Source: Cycas panzhihuaensis (Eukaryota > Plantae > Cycadophyta). From it: DNA of 64,000 nucleotides. The stretch covers positions 250,425,741 through 250,489,740 of the forward strand of contig CM041465.1 of the NCBI GenBank assembly GCA_023213395.1, read 5' to 3'. The translations under genes were made by a program, and so were the position numbers. Positions 41,096-54,200 of the stretch are shown piece by piece. Positions within the stretch are counted from its first letter, which is position 1. Every line of letters starts with the position of its first letter. Below the pieces are notes generated by a model. It did not search any database. It was not told the DNA's origin and saw nothing but the letters and a program-made list of their open reading frames with translations.

Positions 41096-41540
41096 TTACA
41101 GTGTACGTACCAAAAAGGTATGTTACTAGGTACGTCTGATTGAAACGATGATAAAATTGAAAATACACTATACGTACCAAGGGAATTCACTAAAATACGC
41201 ATAGTTTAAAAAAGTGACTCAAAATTACACTCTCGTGCACTGAAAAGTGCAGCGGTGCACGCACAATGTAAACAACTTTTAAGTGGCTCAATTACATTAT
41301 ACGTACCTAAAAAGTATGCAAGCAGTGCACGCAAAAGGAGAGTAAGTTAAAGATTACATTATACGCACCAACAAAGTACGTGAGCCTGCACGCATGTAAA
41401 AGATACTCAAGTAATTAGTTACATTATACGTACCAAATAAAGTACATAATCGAGTACGTATAATGAAAGCTATTAACACTATACGTACCAAGGACATGTA
41501 TAAGACAAAAATCCGCAAAACGACAAATCATTACGTACTT
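41096..41540 (+). repeat. Array of 7-8 diverged ~55-67-bp units with core TTACAYTATACGTACCA (element B)
   Basis: Cores at ~41096, 41163, 41225, 41292, 41354, 41419, 41474 and (41527). Confidence 0.85.
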
Positions 41541-41713
41541 GTGAGCATTCCCATGCGGTACGCAGAGCGGAGCAGTTTCAAAAGCGACGCAAGAGACTGC
41601 TCCGGTACGCATCACAGTACGCAAGAAATGGCAAGCGTTCTACAGAGGTACGTACATGCGGTTCTAGTTGTACGCTTTGGTTTCTTTCTTATCTCTGGGA
41701 CTCCACAGCCATT

Positions 41714-42789
41714 ATGAGGACACCAGGGTGCCAGGAGGCTTACATACCAAAGCTAAAGCAAGACCTCCAAGCTCTACCAGCTGCATTTCAGGCCAAGATT
41801 AAGCAGGCAGGCTGGGGAGACTACATCTACTGTAACCCCATGTACTATGACCCCGAATTGATGGACCAAATCCTAATGGCCCTAAAGGCAGACAGCAGGA
41901 AGGCCAAAATGGACGCAGACATAGTCCATACTATCACTATACTTCCCAAGGAGGGAGAGGTTCCATTGGGAACAAAGAGGTCAGAGGTAGACCAGGAAAT
42001 GTGGCTGAGGGAATTATGCCAGCCCAACACTCAGATTATGTCCGGCGGAATCAGAGTAACCGACATTACAGATGGAAGACTTCAGTGGGTGGCCAAAGTG
42101 ATTAATTCCAGGTTTTTGTCAAAACGGAAGTACACCTACATTCAGGGAGGCATGATGCAGGTGTTGTTAAAAATTCGAGATGGAGAAAGGATGAATTGGT
42201 CAGAATTTTTGGCGGAAAACATGAGACAGCAGCTACAAGAGATTATGACACATCCATTCTGCCATCCTTCATTGCTTCTGGCAATTTTATTCTACCAGTG
42301 TCTAGAGGTACAGCTGACCAGGACTACTATCTCTCCTCGGGAGCCAATTATAAAACAGTGGGCAGTAGAATTTCTAGACACAACAACCTGTTTGGAAGCA
42401 AAGCGGAGAGTATAAAAGCAGATGCAAAAGGTGCTTACCTGGCTACAGAAAACACCAGGAACACCTATCCCTCATCGGACGAAACAGGTTGTTCATTGTC
42501 ACGGAAAGAGGAAGAAGGGAGAAGAAGAAACAGAAGAAGAAGAGGAAGAGGAAGCAGAAGCATCCTGGGAAGAATGGGAAGACTTCCCACGACAGAGGCG
42601 GAGAACCTTGAGACCTCCTACACCACAGATAAAGCGGGACCCATTATCCAAATGATCCAGAAATGGAGGCACAGTACAAAGCGGAGATATGACCCTTCAG
42701 ACAAAATAAAGGAGAAGGATGCCATTATTGCCACCACGACACGTATAAATGAGGAAATTTTGGGAGGAGGCGGCGGGGAGCCGCCTTGA
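41714..42789 (+). CDS. Extra 3' sense ORF of element B (~350 aa across a stop and frameshift); PMD/Transposase_32-like core, acidic tract, coiled-coil-like tail
   Basis: ORFs 41714-42415 and 42422-42655 plus the tail to 42789. Closely conserved in element C. Motifs IVHTITxLPKEGE and NWSEFLAENMRQQL..FCHPSLLLAI. Confidence 0.75.
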
Positions 42790-43924
42790 GGCAGAGTAGG
42801 GAGGGATACCCGAAATTTTGATTTTTGAGTTTTGTTGAGCAAGGATGCTCAAACCCATAACTGTTGACCCGGGATAGATGTTGGAGTCAAAAGTGATCCA
42901 ATGGTTGTGTGAGGACGGAGGTAGGTCGGATAACCCGAGTTGTGCAGTGCGGACCCGTGCGGAGGTGCATACGAGGCAAAAGCAGCGTAAAAACCCGGCG
43001 TGCAGGTACGTATGACGGTGTGTACACAGGCGGGTATGTATGACAGATCGTACCAGCGGTGGAGCAGGCCCGGCGGGCGGTGCGCACGACTCAAGGGGAC
43101 CAGTGAAGACCTGTTGAGGTGCCAGACGTACGTACAGATGTACGGACACAAAGGATAGATTAATTAAGTGCTAAACAATTGATTAAGTGAAAGGGTATGC
43201 ATGACTGAAGGGGTACGGTTATGACGGTCATAACCCTTCACCAAAGGTACCAACATGAGTACTTAAGGAGTGCGCATGATTCACGAGTTAGGGTGAGTCG
43301 GATATCACAGTGCGTAAAGGTGCGAGGAGCCGATGCGCATGGCGACCATTTGGAGCATCAGTATGATAAGTACCATCCGGTACGCATATGTATGAGAAAG
43401 ATTGCATCTTTCTTTGGAATGCTCGGGAATGCATTCCGACCTGTGTAAATGAACTGTTGACTTAATAAAAGGAAGAGTTACGTGGAAATTGGTGTATTCT
43501 TGGTGTTGTGATGATGATTTGCTGAGTATGTATTGATTTATGTACTGATGTGTACCATTTTGTGAATTATATGTGAAATATATGTGGAATGTATGTGAAT
43601 GACCATGTTGACAGTATCCTGAACTAGACTATAGCGTTGTGTAACCTTGACAAGTGTGGGATATCTCATAAGTGTAATAAGATAAACCCTAGCCAAAATC
43701 AACAATTGGTTAGGACAAAGGTATTTGTCCCACATGCATTACTTGTGTTGTATAGTCTCCCACCTATTTAGTATATAAAGGTGGTTGAGGTAGTATGTGT
43801 TATGAAGTCATCATGGAGACTCATGTTGAGTCTATGATGCTTTAGTGTTATGCTTATGTTAATTGAATGCAGGTTATACTTTGGTTATCGATCTTTTGGA
43901 TGCTTTCCATGTTAAATCTTAACA

Positions 43925-43935
43925 TGGTATCAGAG
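43925..43935 (+). promoter_or_regulatory. Primer binding site (tRNA-iMet) of element A
   Basis: TGGTATCAGAG directly after the LTR end ..CTTAACA. Confidence 0.9.
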
Positions 43936-45072
43936 AAGGTTATTTATCAAGCTTCGTTGTGCAGGATCACCAGTTGTGGATGTGTGTGGAAGTAACTTCG
44001 TAAGAGCCAATCCCAGATTTGAAGCTCTGCTTTTGAGAGGTGGAACCCTAAGGCCGTCATTGCTTACTGGGTAACATTGGTTTTTATGCCCTACTGAGAA
44101 GGTTGAGTGCCAAAGTTTACTTTGAAAAGAAATTAGTCTGAACTTATTTGTGAAGTTTGAATCTGTTGGCCATTGAACTCTGCTTGTACTGTGAAAGTGA
44201 CGGTTGCTGAAAATATTAAGGATTTATTGAGATTATTTCTATCATAAACCCTTCATGCCTAAAGGAGGACAGATATCTTGTCATTAGTGTTGTCTGTTGT
44301 TATCTATGGTTTTTCCTATTTGGTAGAAGTGCCTCTCATTTTCTTCATTTGAAGAATAGAGGCATCATCTGCATCATTACTACTAAAGCCTAGTAAACAA
44401 ATGCTTGTGTTAAAATCATTGAAATATGAATGATAAAGTCTGGAGTTAGTACCAAGCTTATGAATGAAAGACGATTCTGTGCTGTAAGATCATAAACCAG
44501 TCATAAGATTTCTGCTTGATATAGGATGAACAACATGAAGCTATTTTCCAATAGATAAGGAACAACATAAAGAAAAATCTCTCCTGCTCTTTGTTGCATA
44601 TGGAAAATAAGAAATTCTAGTCGTTGAAGGAAACCCTGCACAATTAGCTCCGTGGAAGACTGCAAATGAAAGGCGACCTTATATATCCATCCCAATGATC
44701 AATAGGATATACTGACTGGAATTGAGCTTGTTGCTACTGAAACTAAGGCCTATGACTTGGATGAATGTTGTGTCTGAGACTGCAACTGTGTTTTCTGAGC
44801 ATGTGATGGTGACTGACTGCCTCTGTTATTGTTCAAAAGCTTCCAATTCCTCAGGAGCAAAACTAGAACAAACCTGAACCAATTGGATGCTGTTTGATCG
44901 TAGGGATCAAAATTTATTTGTGTAATTGTAGCCTCGCAGTTACCACGATGAATCGAGGTGCAGCGAGCTAGAGTCTCAAGCACAACTGAAGAACTTAGAG
45001 CAGAATCAATTGAGGCAAGTTGAGCAGGTGAACTGTGACAAACGACCGTAGAAGTACGAGTACATGCCACGA

Positions 45073-45148
45073 CTTATAACTTCTTAGAAGAGTTGTTGGG
45101 AAACAGGTGGCTTATAACTTCTGAGAAGAGTTGTTGGGAAACAGGTGG
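45073..45148 (+). repeat. 38-bp tandem duplication at the 5' edge of the captured pfkB fragment
   Basis: cttataacttct(t/g)agaagagttgttgggaaacaggtgg x2. Confidence 0.9.
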
Positions 45149-45521
45149 TAACTGAAATTTTGCAATTCAATGACAAGGCTTGACTTCACTGCTGTGACTC
45201 TCGGTCAAGTTGGTAATGATATGTATGACCAGTTTCTAAGGGAAGTGCCGAAGAAAGACGGTGAACACTATAGGAATTGATCATGTGATAAGAAACTGTA
45301 AGTCAGTTTTATGTTGAGTTCTTGTGGATCCTGGTCAAAGACATGGTTTTTACAGTTGGCTTGATTTTTTTTGGATTTGGAAATTACCTACAAAAGCAGC
45401 GATTAAGCAGTCTAAGGTTTTGTTCTGCAATTGCTTTGTATTTGATGAACTTTCTCCTGGTTTAGTTGTTTCTGCACTTGAATGTGCAAGAGATGCAGGG
45501 ATAGAGCCATTGTTTGGTTAA
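45111..45521 (+). pseudogene. Captured host-gene fragment: pfkB/ribokinase-family kinase (At1g06730/plastid nucleoside kinase-like)
   Basis: Colinear peptides CWETGGN*NFAI / TRLDFTAVTLGQVGNDMYDQFLREV / LC*VLVDPGQRHGFYSWLDF / AAIKQSKVLFCNCFVFDELSPGLVVSALECARDAG match the recalled YWEAGGNCN..AARLG..GHVG..CWVLVDPLQRHGFCSR..AIRQSKVLFCNGYxFD. Confidence 0.85.
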
Positions 45522-46311
45522 GGGGAATTTCGAAGAGACTACCACTGTTACTGATGAACTAGCATAGACAGACTGTAGAATCCTTAACGACTATGTCAAG
45601 CTCACTGCAGCAGGCCCAATTTATATTGTTGGTGACATAACTCAGACATAGATTTACGACGGAACCTGTACATCCCGAAGATAAGGAGACTGCATAGGTA
45701 ATACGCTTGTTCTACGCTTGGCTGGTAAGTCATCTCTGTGGAAATCTAATAGCATATCTGCATGACTATCTTTGGAAGTACCTGGTAGCTTGGCTTTGTG
45801 AACTGAGGAGGTGTATAGAAGTTTCAAACATTCGAAACTTTTCTGGCCTTTTTTTTTTGACACATGGGTGAAGGAACTAGCTACATCTCCTGCTACCTAA
45901 ACTGCAACTGTTGAATGCTCCCAAACTGTTGAAACTAAGAATAGGTTTGTGGCTACCACAATATCCTCTATTGATACATTATAGGTTGTTGAGATATTGT
46001 TTGTGCATCGAATTGAAAATGCTTTGTAGATTGTGATAAACCTCTTGCAACTAAGACTGCTTTTGTAATTGGTGCTCTCGCTAAACAAAAAAAATTTCTA
46101 GCTATAGAAGACCCTTTTAGGAGCTCCTAGAGATCTACCCTGAGAATTTTGTTGTAAGAATCTAGACTCTGTTCAACAGTATGTTTCTTGGCTCCCTTAA
46201 TTATTTTCTGATCACGTAATGGTTGAATGGATACCAAATGGATTTATGGTCTTGCCATTCTTTATGCATAAATCCTAAGAATTACAGTTGTGATTGGCTT
46301 CTTCATATATT

Positions 46312-46770
46312 ATGGAGTTAAGTGACATTATTACTTTTGTGCCTGAAAAGAATGAATATTGGTTGTCGGATCTCCCTTTTCCTTTACCCAAATATGTCGG
46401 CACTAATTTTCGAATATGGAAAATTAAGATGGAGTGCTTATTCAAGACAAAAAAACTTTAGAAGATCATTATGGATACTGAAATGGCTCACGAAGAAGGG
46501 GAGGAAACTTTCAAAAGGAAAAACAGAATAGTTATTGACGTAATACTTGCAGCCTTTGATAAAGATAATCTTCCTCTTTTCTATCATTTCCTTGTACAAA
46601 CTTTTCAAAATACCAACTCAGCCGAGGATGTTTGGAAACTGCTTGCAGAAGTACAAGAAAAGGGACCTGAAAAAGTGCATCGAAGTATCAAAAGGGCAAA
46701 GAACCAAAGAAAGAGGTTGAAAGGAAAGTTAAAAAACAACTTGATTCTGATAAAAAGAATTCTCCCGTAG
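46312..46770 (+). pseudogene. Copia-type gag N-terminal ORF of element A (DUF4219/UBN2-like), one in-frame TAG at 46459
   Basis: PKYVGTNFRIWKIKMECLFKTKKL*KII..FKRKNRIVIDVILAAF..SAEDVWKLL in a single frame from ATG 46312. Confidence 0.75.
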
Positions 46771-48275
46771 ATAAACAGGAATCTGATAATTTCTACCCAA
46801 AATCTGATGAAGACTTAAGTACATCAAATGACCTATGTCTCACCAAGTTAATAGAAGACTTCACACCTATATCACAATCCTTGCAGATAATTCTTCACAG
46901 AGACACACACACTGATGGAAGGCATGGGCAATATTGTCCTAGTTCGTGTTGACAAGTTGGTAGCCAGAATTCAAATGATGACATGACATACAATGATATG
47001 TATGTATTGGAGGTTATCCATGATTTCTTTCAACTCAATTACATGCTCTATTCTCATCTTTGAAAGAATCAAAATTATGACAGCATATCCTATAATAGCA
47101 CTGAAAAGTTGTTTCAAAGAAAGAAGGAACATAGGGAGGATATTATATGATCAAACTCTTGCTTGTCAAGATCATATTACATTTTGGGTAGGTTACTTGA
47201 TCATAAAGGTCAATCATATTGAAATAATGTTCCATCTCTACATATCCATAATCAGGAAGTATGTACACATAGGTATCATGGAAATATTCATTATACTTGG
47301 TTCAAGGAATCTCTTGAGTGATGTTGGAGTCAAAAGTGATCTAATGGCTGTGTGAGGACCAGAGGTAGGTCAGATAACCCGAGTTGTGCAGTGCGGACCC
47401 GTGCGGAGTACGCATGAGGCAAAACGGCAAAAAACTAGCATGCAGGTGCGTATGGCGGTGCGTACCTAGAGCAGTGCGATATAAGATCGTACCAGCGGAG
47501 CAGGCAAAGCGAGCGGTGCGTGCGAATCAAGGGGACGGTGAAGACACAGTCGAGGTGCAGACGTGCGTGCACGCATGACTCAAAGGACGGATTAATTAAG
47601 GCTAAACAAGTGTTTAAGTGAAAGGGCACGCATGGTGAAGGGGCACGGTTATGATGAAGTATCATAACCCTTGACCAAAAAGTACCAAAGATGAGTACTT
47701 AATGAGTGCAGCATGATTCACTGGTTAGGGTGAGAGCCGATATCACAGTACGCAAAGGTGTAGGAGCTAGTACGCATGGCCGACTATTTGGAGCATCACC
47801 GTATGATAAGTACCATCCGTGCAGCATTGTATGAGAAAGATTGTATCTTTCTTTGGAATGCTCAGGAATGCATTCCGACCTCTATGTAAATGAACTGTTG
47901 ACTTAATAAAAGGAAGAGTTACGTGGAAATTGGTGTATTCTTGGTGTTGCAATGATGATTTATTGAGTATGTATTGATTTCTGTACTGTTGTGTACCATT
48001 CTGTGAATTATATATGGAATGTATGTGAATGACCATGTTGTGATGTATCTGAACTAGACTATAGCTACTGTAACCTTGACAAGTGTAGCAAGGGGTATCT
48101 CATAAGTGTAATAAGATACCCCAGCAAGTCAACACTAGTTCCTTTGCCTACGTCCGTTGAGGAGGGACAGGGCCTAGGGGTTTCAAGGGAAAAGAATGTG
48201 TAAAGGGCAAAGGACCCTGGCTGCCGTCGTGATGGCGGGCTGTAACTAAGCCACCAGCAGCCAGGGGACCTTCCA

Positions 48276-51200
48276 ATGCCACCTAAGAGGCCTTCAAGGT
48301 CGAAAGAGCCCCAGAAGGATACTTCACCCAAGGAAAAGGAAACCAGCAAACAAAGGGCACTGAGATGGTCAAAAGAAGCAAAACTCAGAAGGGCGAGGAG
48401 ATTAAGTTCGCAAAACAACGAGACTAAGGGACAGTCCGTGGAAGGATCTAAGGCAAGTGGAGCCCAGACACCTCAGGAAGAGGAAACCCATGGCGAATAC
48501 ATGGTATTGACACCATTGTCGGAGATGATTTGTTTGCTTGGGAGATTGAAGGGAAGCCAAAAGTGGATGAAAAACATAAAGAGATCCTAACAGAGGGAAG
48601 TATACCAATGGAGGACAGCTTGAAGGACCTAGGTGATAGCGATAAGAAGGCGGAGGAAGGTCCCTCGGCATATTGGGAGAACAAGCTAACGAGACAGCTT
48701 TTTGAAGATTCGGACGTAAAGGGGATCTGATCAATCTTACATTACGGTAACACCATTGACTATACAAGTTCCAGGTGTAGTGGAACCCATACGCATAAAA
48801 ACTCCATTCAAAAATCCGCTATTTGGAAAAGATAGTACAACGGTAGTTACTCCCAGTGCATCCCCAAAGGAGGGAGGAAGGGAAAAATCACCATCAGGTG
48901 GGGGACAGTTGTAATCTCCCAAAATGGACGACTATAGAGACTTTGGGAAACTAATCTTTAATGATACTTCAGACGCAGCAAAGCATGTATATCTATTTCA
49001 GAGCCTTATTGATGTCAAAAAGATTACAGACGAAGATGAAATCAAAGCACGCCGCACAGACATTGAGAGGAGTACCCTTGGCATGGTATAAGGAAACAAA
49101 CAAGAATGAGCCATGGGTGAAGATTAAGAAAGCATTTGAAGAAAGATTTCAAAAGTTTTGCAGTAATGAAGCCGTCGAAATCGCACTATGAGAGATCAGA
49201 CGGTAGGGAATCTGTCCTAACTTACATTAGCCGAATGAAAATTATTGCGGCAAGCATGATCAATGAGACGATAATAGACCATAATATGAAGAATTACTTT
49301 GTAAGAGGGCTGAATGAGAAGTTGCAAGCCATGATACATGCTCATCCATTGAAATCATTTAAGAATGCTCAAGATTTGACATTAGATTTTGAAATGGAAA
49401 TGGACGCACAAGCAGGAGGACAAGACTCCTTGTTGCTGAGGTTACAAGACGAGATTAGAGAATTGAATCAAAACCAGTACAACCGACCCTTCTGCCAGGT
49501 AGGGGTAGCAGAGGAGGAATCGGAATTGGAGGCATTGAGAAAAGAGGTAGCTAGATTGAAAGTTAGAAATAACCGTGAAGAAGAGGAAACACCTAAAAAT
49601 AAAGAGCATACTGGAAGGGTAACCAAGTGGTGCCACATTTGTGAAGAAAACTCACATACCACCAGGGAATGTGATTTAAATTTAAAAAACAATACGTTGC
49701 ACCAACAAGAGAAGTGGTGCCATATATGTGAAGTTGACACACATACAACCAAGGATTGTTTCTACAATCCCGAGGAAAAGCATTCAGAGGACGAGGTCGA
49801 GGAAGGGATAACCCACCTCGAAATGTGTATACAACGAGGGGCGCACCAGAACCCTCGAGGAAGAAACAGCCGATGGGGAGATGCCTCATCATCTCTGATT
49901 CGGGCACCTTTGGAAGTCAATGCCCAATGAGCGGGAATCTGAGCAGGCCGTTAGGTAGAATCGTGGCCTAAGTGACCACAAAACAAAGGATTCCAAAGGC
50001 AAAGGCAAAGCGACTAACCTGATGACAATCGTACCAGAAGCCAAGAATGTGAAATTACAAAACAAACAGAAAGAGAAATTGGATGAAGGATATCCAAATC
50101 CACCAACATAAATGGATCGGTATAGACAAGTAAAACAAGTGTTAGATGGCCTAGTCCGGGAGGAGAATACATTACCAATGGGTAAACTGGAAACGAAATA
50201 CGTATATGTACGAAAAAATAAACAAAATGAGCAAGAAAAACTACCGGAAGAACTTAAGACAAAACCCCAAATGGTGCAGAAGGAAGAACTTTTCAAAGGA
50301 TTGCCAGCTGAGGATATCCCCAGAATGTTGCTATTAATGGAGAATTTGGTGAAAGCGATTCTGATTGACTATTCCTCTGTCCCAAGTTATTAATTGGATC
50401 AAAGGAGGAGTGCTACAGAAAGGAATTACCAAAAGTTTAAAGCAAATTATACCATCATTCGACATGGATCCGACGGTAACCATGTCAGTCTTGGGAGAAA
50501 CATTCCCACGGGTAATTGTGGATGGAGGCACAGCAGTAAACGTGCTACCAGCTGCAACATGGCGTAGATTGGGAAGCCCGAAGTTGGAAGCAGCAATTTA
50601 TTCACTGAAATTGGCTAATGAACTATTGGTACGACCTATGGGCAGACTAGCCAATATCAAAGTAGACGTGGCAGGGATAGTGGTAAAGATTAACTTCACA
50701 ATTGTGGAGACGGAGAAAGGAGCAACACCCTATCCAGCACTATTAGGAAGGCCATGGTTATATAAAACGCAATACCTTTAGAATTGGGAAAAAGTAACCT
50801 TCACTCTATCGGATAGCAACAACAAAGTGGTACTGCCAATGCTGGGAAGAAGTTCGATTGAAGTGATCCCAGATGAAGGATCCAACACCACGGTAACGAG
50901 CGACACGACATTTTCTTCCATTGGGGAAGAACATATCTTCCACATGGCAGAAGAACCCACCACATCGAATAACCACCAGCGTGAAGAACCAACAGATCTC
51001 GAAGAGATATACAACTCTTCGGATGACGAACACGGCATGAGGTTCGTGGATTACTGGCTTCAGGATGCATATGAAGTAAACTCTTCTTCTTACAGATGTA
51101 ATTTGCTATCTAAATGTGTATTTGCAAACATTGATAATAATTCAAATTCTTTTGAGTATATGCTGACTAACGATGATTTGAAAAATGGTAACAACCTAGA

Positions 51201-54200
51201 CCAACCAAACCTTAGTTTACCTAGTAATTTTTGTAGTTTTTTTGTAGTTAATATTAATCCCAACATCCCATCTACTTCAGGCGTGGGTCCTGAGGTAGAT
51301 TCCCTACCCCCCCCCCTTATTACAACCCGAGGAAGGAATTAATATTCCTTCCTCTTCTTCCTTAGAGGTACACCCACCCAGCCATAAATCTCTTCCAACC
51401 ATTGGCGCCAAAGCGGGAAAATGGAAGGAGGATTCTTTGGTAAGTACTTCTAGAGTCTAGTCTAGAGAGTAAAATCATTATCCCAGAAGAAACAAACTAT
51501 CAAATCTATATTGGGAACTACGTTAAACCATTCTATGGGGAACAGTTATATGGGACTACCCATTTAACGCACTGTGTTGAGTATTGGATAGATCAGGGAA
51601 ATTGGGATAAAACCCAATGGCAGCAAGACCTAATCCTAACCTTACGAGGAGAGCTTGGTGCGGTACTTAGCCCACCAAGCCACTCTTAGGAGTTGGCAAG
51701 ATTCTGAGCGATGTTTCGAATACGATTCGATCATCCAACCCAACCAACTGTTCCAATATTCTACATAGGCCATAACCCTAGAAAACATATACAGGTTTGT
51801 AAACAAAAATGGAGATCCTTAAGTATACCTAAACGGAATTGGTCTAACTATTTCTACCACACCTTGGGGAGAGTAGCAAATGACTGGAAGGAACAAAATT
51901 TAGATATGACTTGGAGAAACCTAAAGAAATCTTTTATAAAAACCTTTAGGCATACTTCGGATAACTAAGAAATAAACAAAATCTTGAAACATAATAGAAT
52001 AATGAGCATAAAATTAGAAACGACATCTAACAGGCGAGGAAGCGATGAGAGAATCTATACATAGTGAAGAAGAAGAGATTATGAATTATCCTGCAGAGTT
52101 CTGAAATTCAACTTGGAGAAAGAAAAATAGAAGAAGCCCCGAGACACAAAACTGGAAATGTAGAAGATGTGGGTATAACAAAGTTGAAAACTACAGAAAT
52201 TAATGTTGGTAGTTCAAAAAATCCTAAGCTTATTCGAATTGGAAACTATTGGGATCCCCAAACGATAGCAGAAACTCAACAGTTATTCGAGGAATTCCGT
52301 GATGTGTTCGCATGGTCGTATAAAGATCTGAAAGGCATTCCTCTGGAGATAGGAATGCATCATATTGATCTAGTGGAAGACGCCAAACCAATAAAATAAA
52401 GACCATATCGGATGAATCCAAAACATAAAGAGAAAGTAAAAGTAGAATTTGATAAAATCTTTGGGCGAAGTTATATATACGAAATCGACTACAGCGATTG
52501 GGTGAGCCCTGTAGTAGTGGTTCCCAAGAAAAATAGGAAAATTAGGTATGCATGTGGATTACAGACAGTTGAATAAGGTGACGAAAAAAGATCCATTTCC
52601 GTTACCTTTTACGGAGGATATTTTGGAAGCAGTTGGGGGAAACGAGATCTATTCCTTCACAGACGGATTTAGTGGGTACAACCAAGTGCAGATTGCCCCG
52701 GAAGATCAGGCAAAAACGACATTCGTAACAGAATGGGGTACGTACGCCTATAAGGTAATGCCATTCGGTCTTACGAATGCACCAGCGACATTCCAGCGAA
52801 TTGTGATTAATATCTTTCGAAATTTTATTGGAGAAAAAGTTGCTGTATTCCTAGACGATTGGACGTTGTATGGATTAATGAAAAATCATATGGAAAACTT
52901 GAGAGAAATGTTGCAAACCTGTCGAGAAAGTAAATTGTGCCTCAATCCAGAAAAGTGTACATTTCTGGTACCCTTTGGAAACCTCTTAGGGCATATAGTC
53001 AACAAAGAAGGATTGCTGACGGATCCAGCAAAAGTGTCTGCCATTCTACATTTTCTGACACTGATTACGAGAAAACAGCTGAAAGGTTTTCTGGGTTTGA
53101 CAGGATATTATAAAAAATTTATCAGAGGGTATGCATATATATCTAGACCTCTGGAAGAATTGCTAAAAAATAATATTGAATGGATATGGACAGAAGATCA
53201 GCAACGAGCATTTGAAACATTGAAACAGGCCATTGTAACAGCGCCTATACTGCGATTTCCAGATTGGAAGAAAACTTTTCACGTACATGTGGATGCGTCA
53301 CAATACGCCATTGGATGTGTATTGACACAACCCAACGATGATAAAACAGATCATCCAATCTATTTTGCCAGTTGGAAACTTACGAGAGCTGAGAAGAATT
53401 ATACGACGATGGAAAGGGAAGCACTCGGTATGGTTTATGCATTACAAAAGTTTCGACATTATTTGTTATCCAATCCATTCCTGTTTTTCGTCGACCACCA
53501 AGCCCTGATGTATCTAGTAAATGAACCGATTATGCGGGGAAGAATCAGCAGATGGTTAATGTTGTTTCAAGAATTCTCATTCAAAATCATTGTGAAACCC
53601 GGCAAAGCCCACATCATTCCAGATCAGCTGTCGAGAATCAAAAACGGAGAAAAAGCCACGGGGATACCAGATGATTTTCCAGACGCAGCTTTGTTCAGTG
53701 TGGAAGCAGTCCCAACAGACTGGTATGAGGGAATACCAAAGTATCTAGCGACCAGAGAAGTGCCAGCAGAGTTAGATCGTATGGGGAGAAGAAATTTCAT
53801 CAGAAAAGCGGAGCCGTATCAGCTTATCAGCGGCGAGTTGTACAAATTGGGGCCAGATGACGTATTGCAACATTGTGTTCGACAGCATGAGACAAACCAA
53901 ATCATGTCTCAGGCACATGAAGGAGTAGCAAGTGGCCACATGGGAAAATTGGCCACATGGCGGAAGATCTTGACATCGGGATTCTAGTGGCCATCAATGT
54001 TCGAAGATGTCAAAAAATGGATTCAAGCATGTGATTATTGCCAACGCGTGGGGAAACCTAATCGACAGGATTTCCAACCGTTGCATCCCATATTACCTTT
54101 GGCACCGTTCAAAAAATGGGGGCTCGACTTTGTGGGGCCAATCAAACCAGCAGAGCGGAGATCGAAAGCTCGATACATTCTGGTGGCAACCGATTATACG

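Larger units (their letters stand above)
33237..43704 (+). mobile_element. Element B: full-length non-chromovirus Ty3/Gypsy (Athila-like, no aRH, no chromodomain) inserted in the 5' LTR of A
   Basis: LTRs 33237-34063 and 42879-43704 (TGTTG..CAACA). TSD ATTGG at 33232-33236 and 43705-43709. Order gag-PR-RT-RH-INT plus an extra 3' ORF. Confidence 0.97.

Noticed and set aside
41096-41540. CRISPR array
   Set aside because: Eukaryotic retrotransposon context, degenerate repeats, no cas genes, and spacers conserved between B and C.
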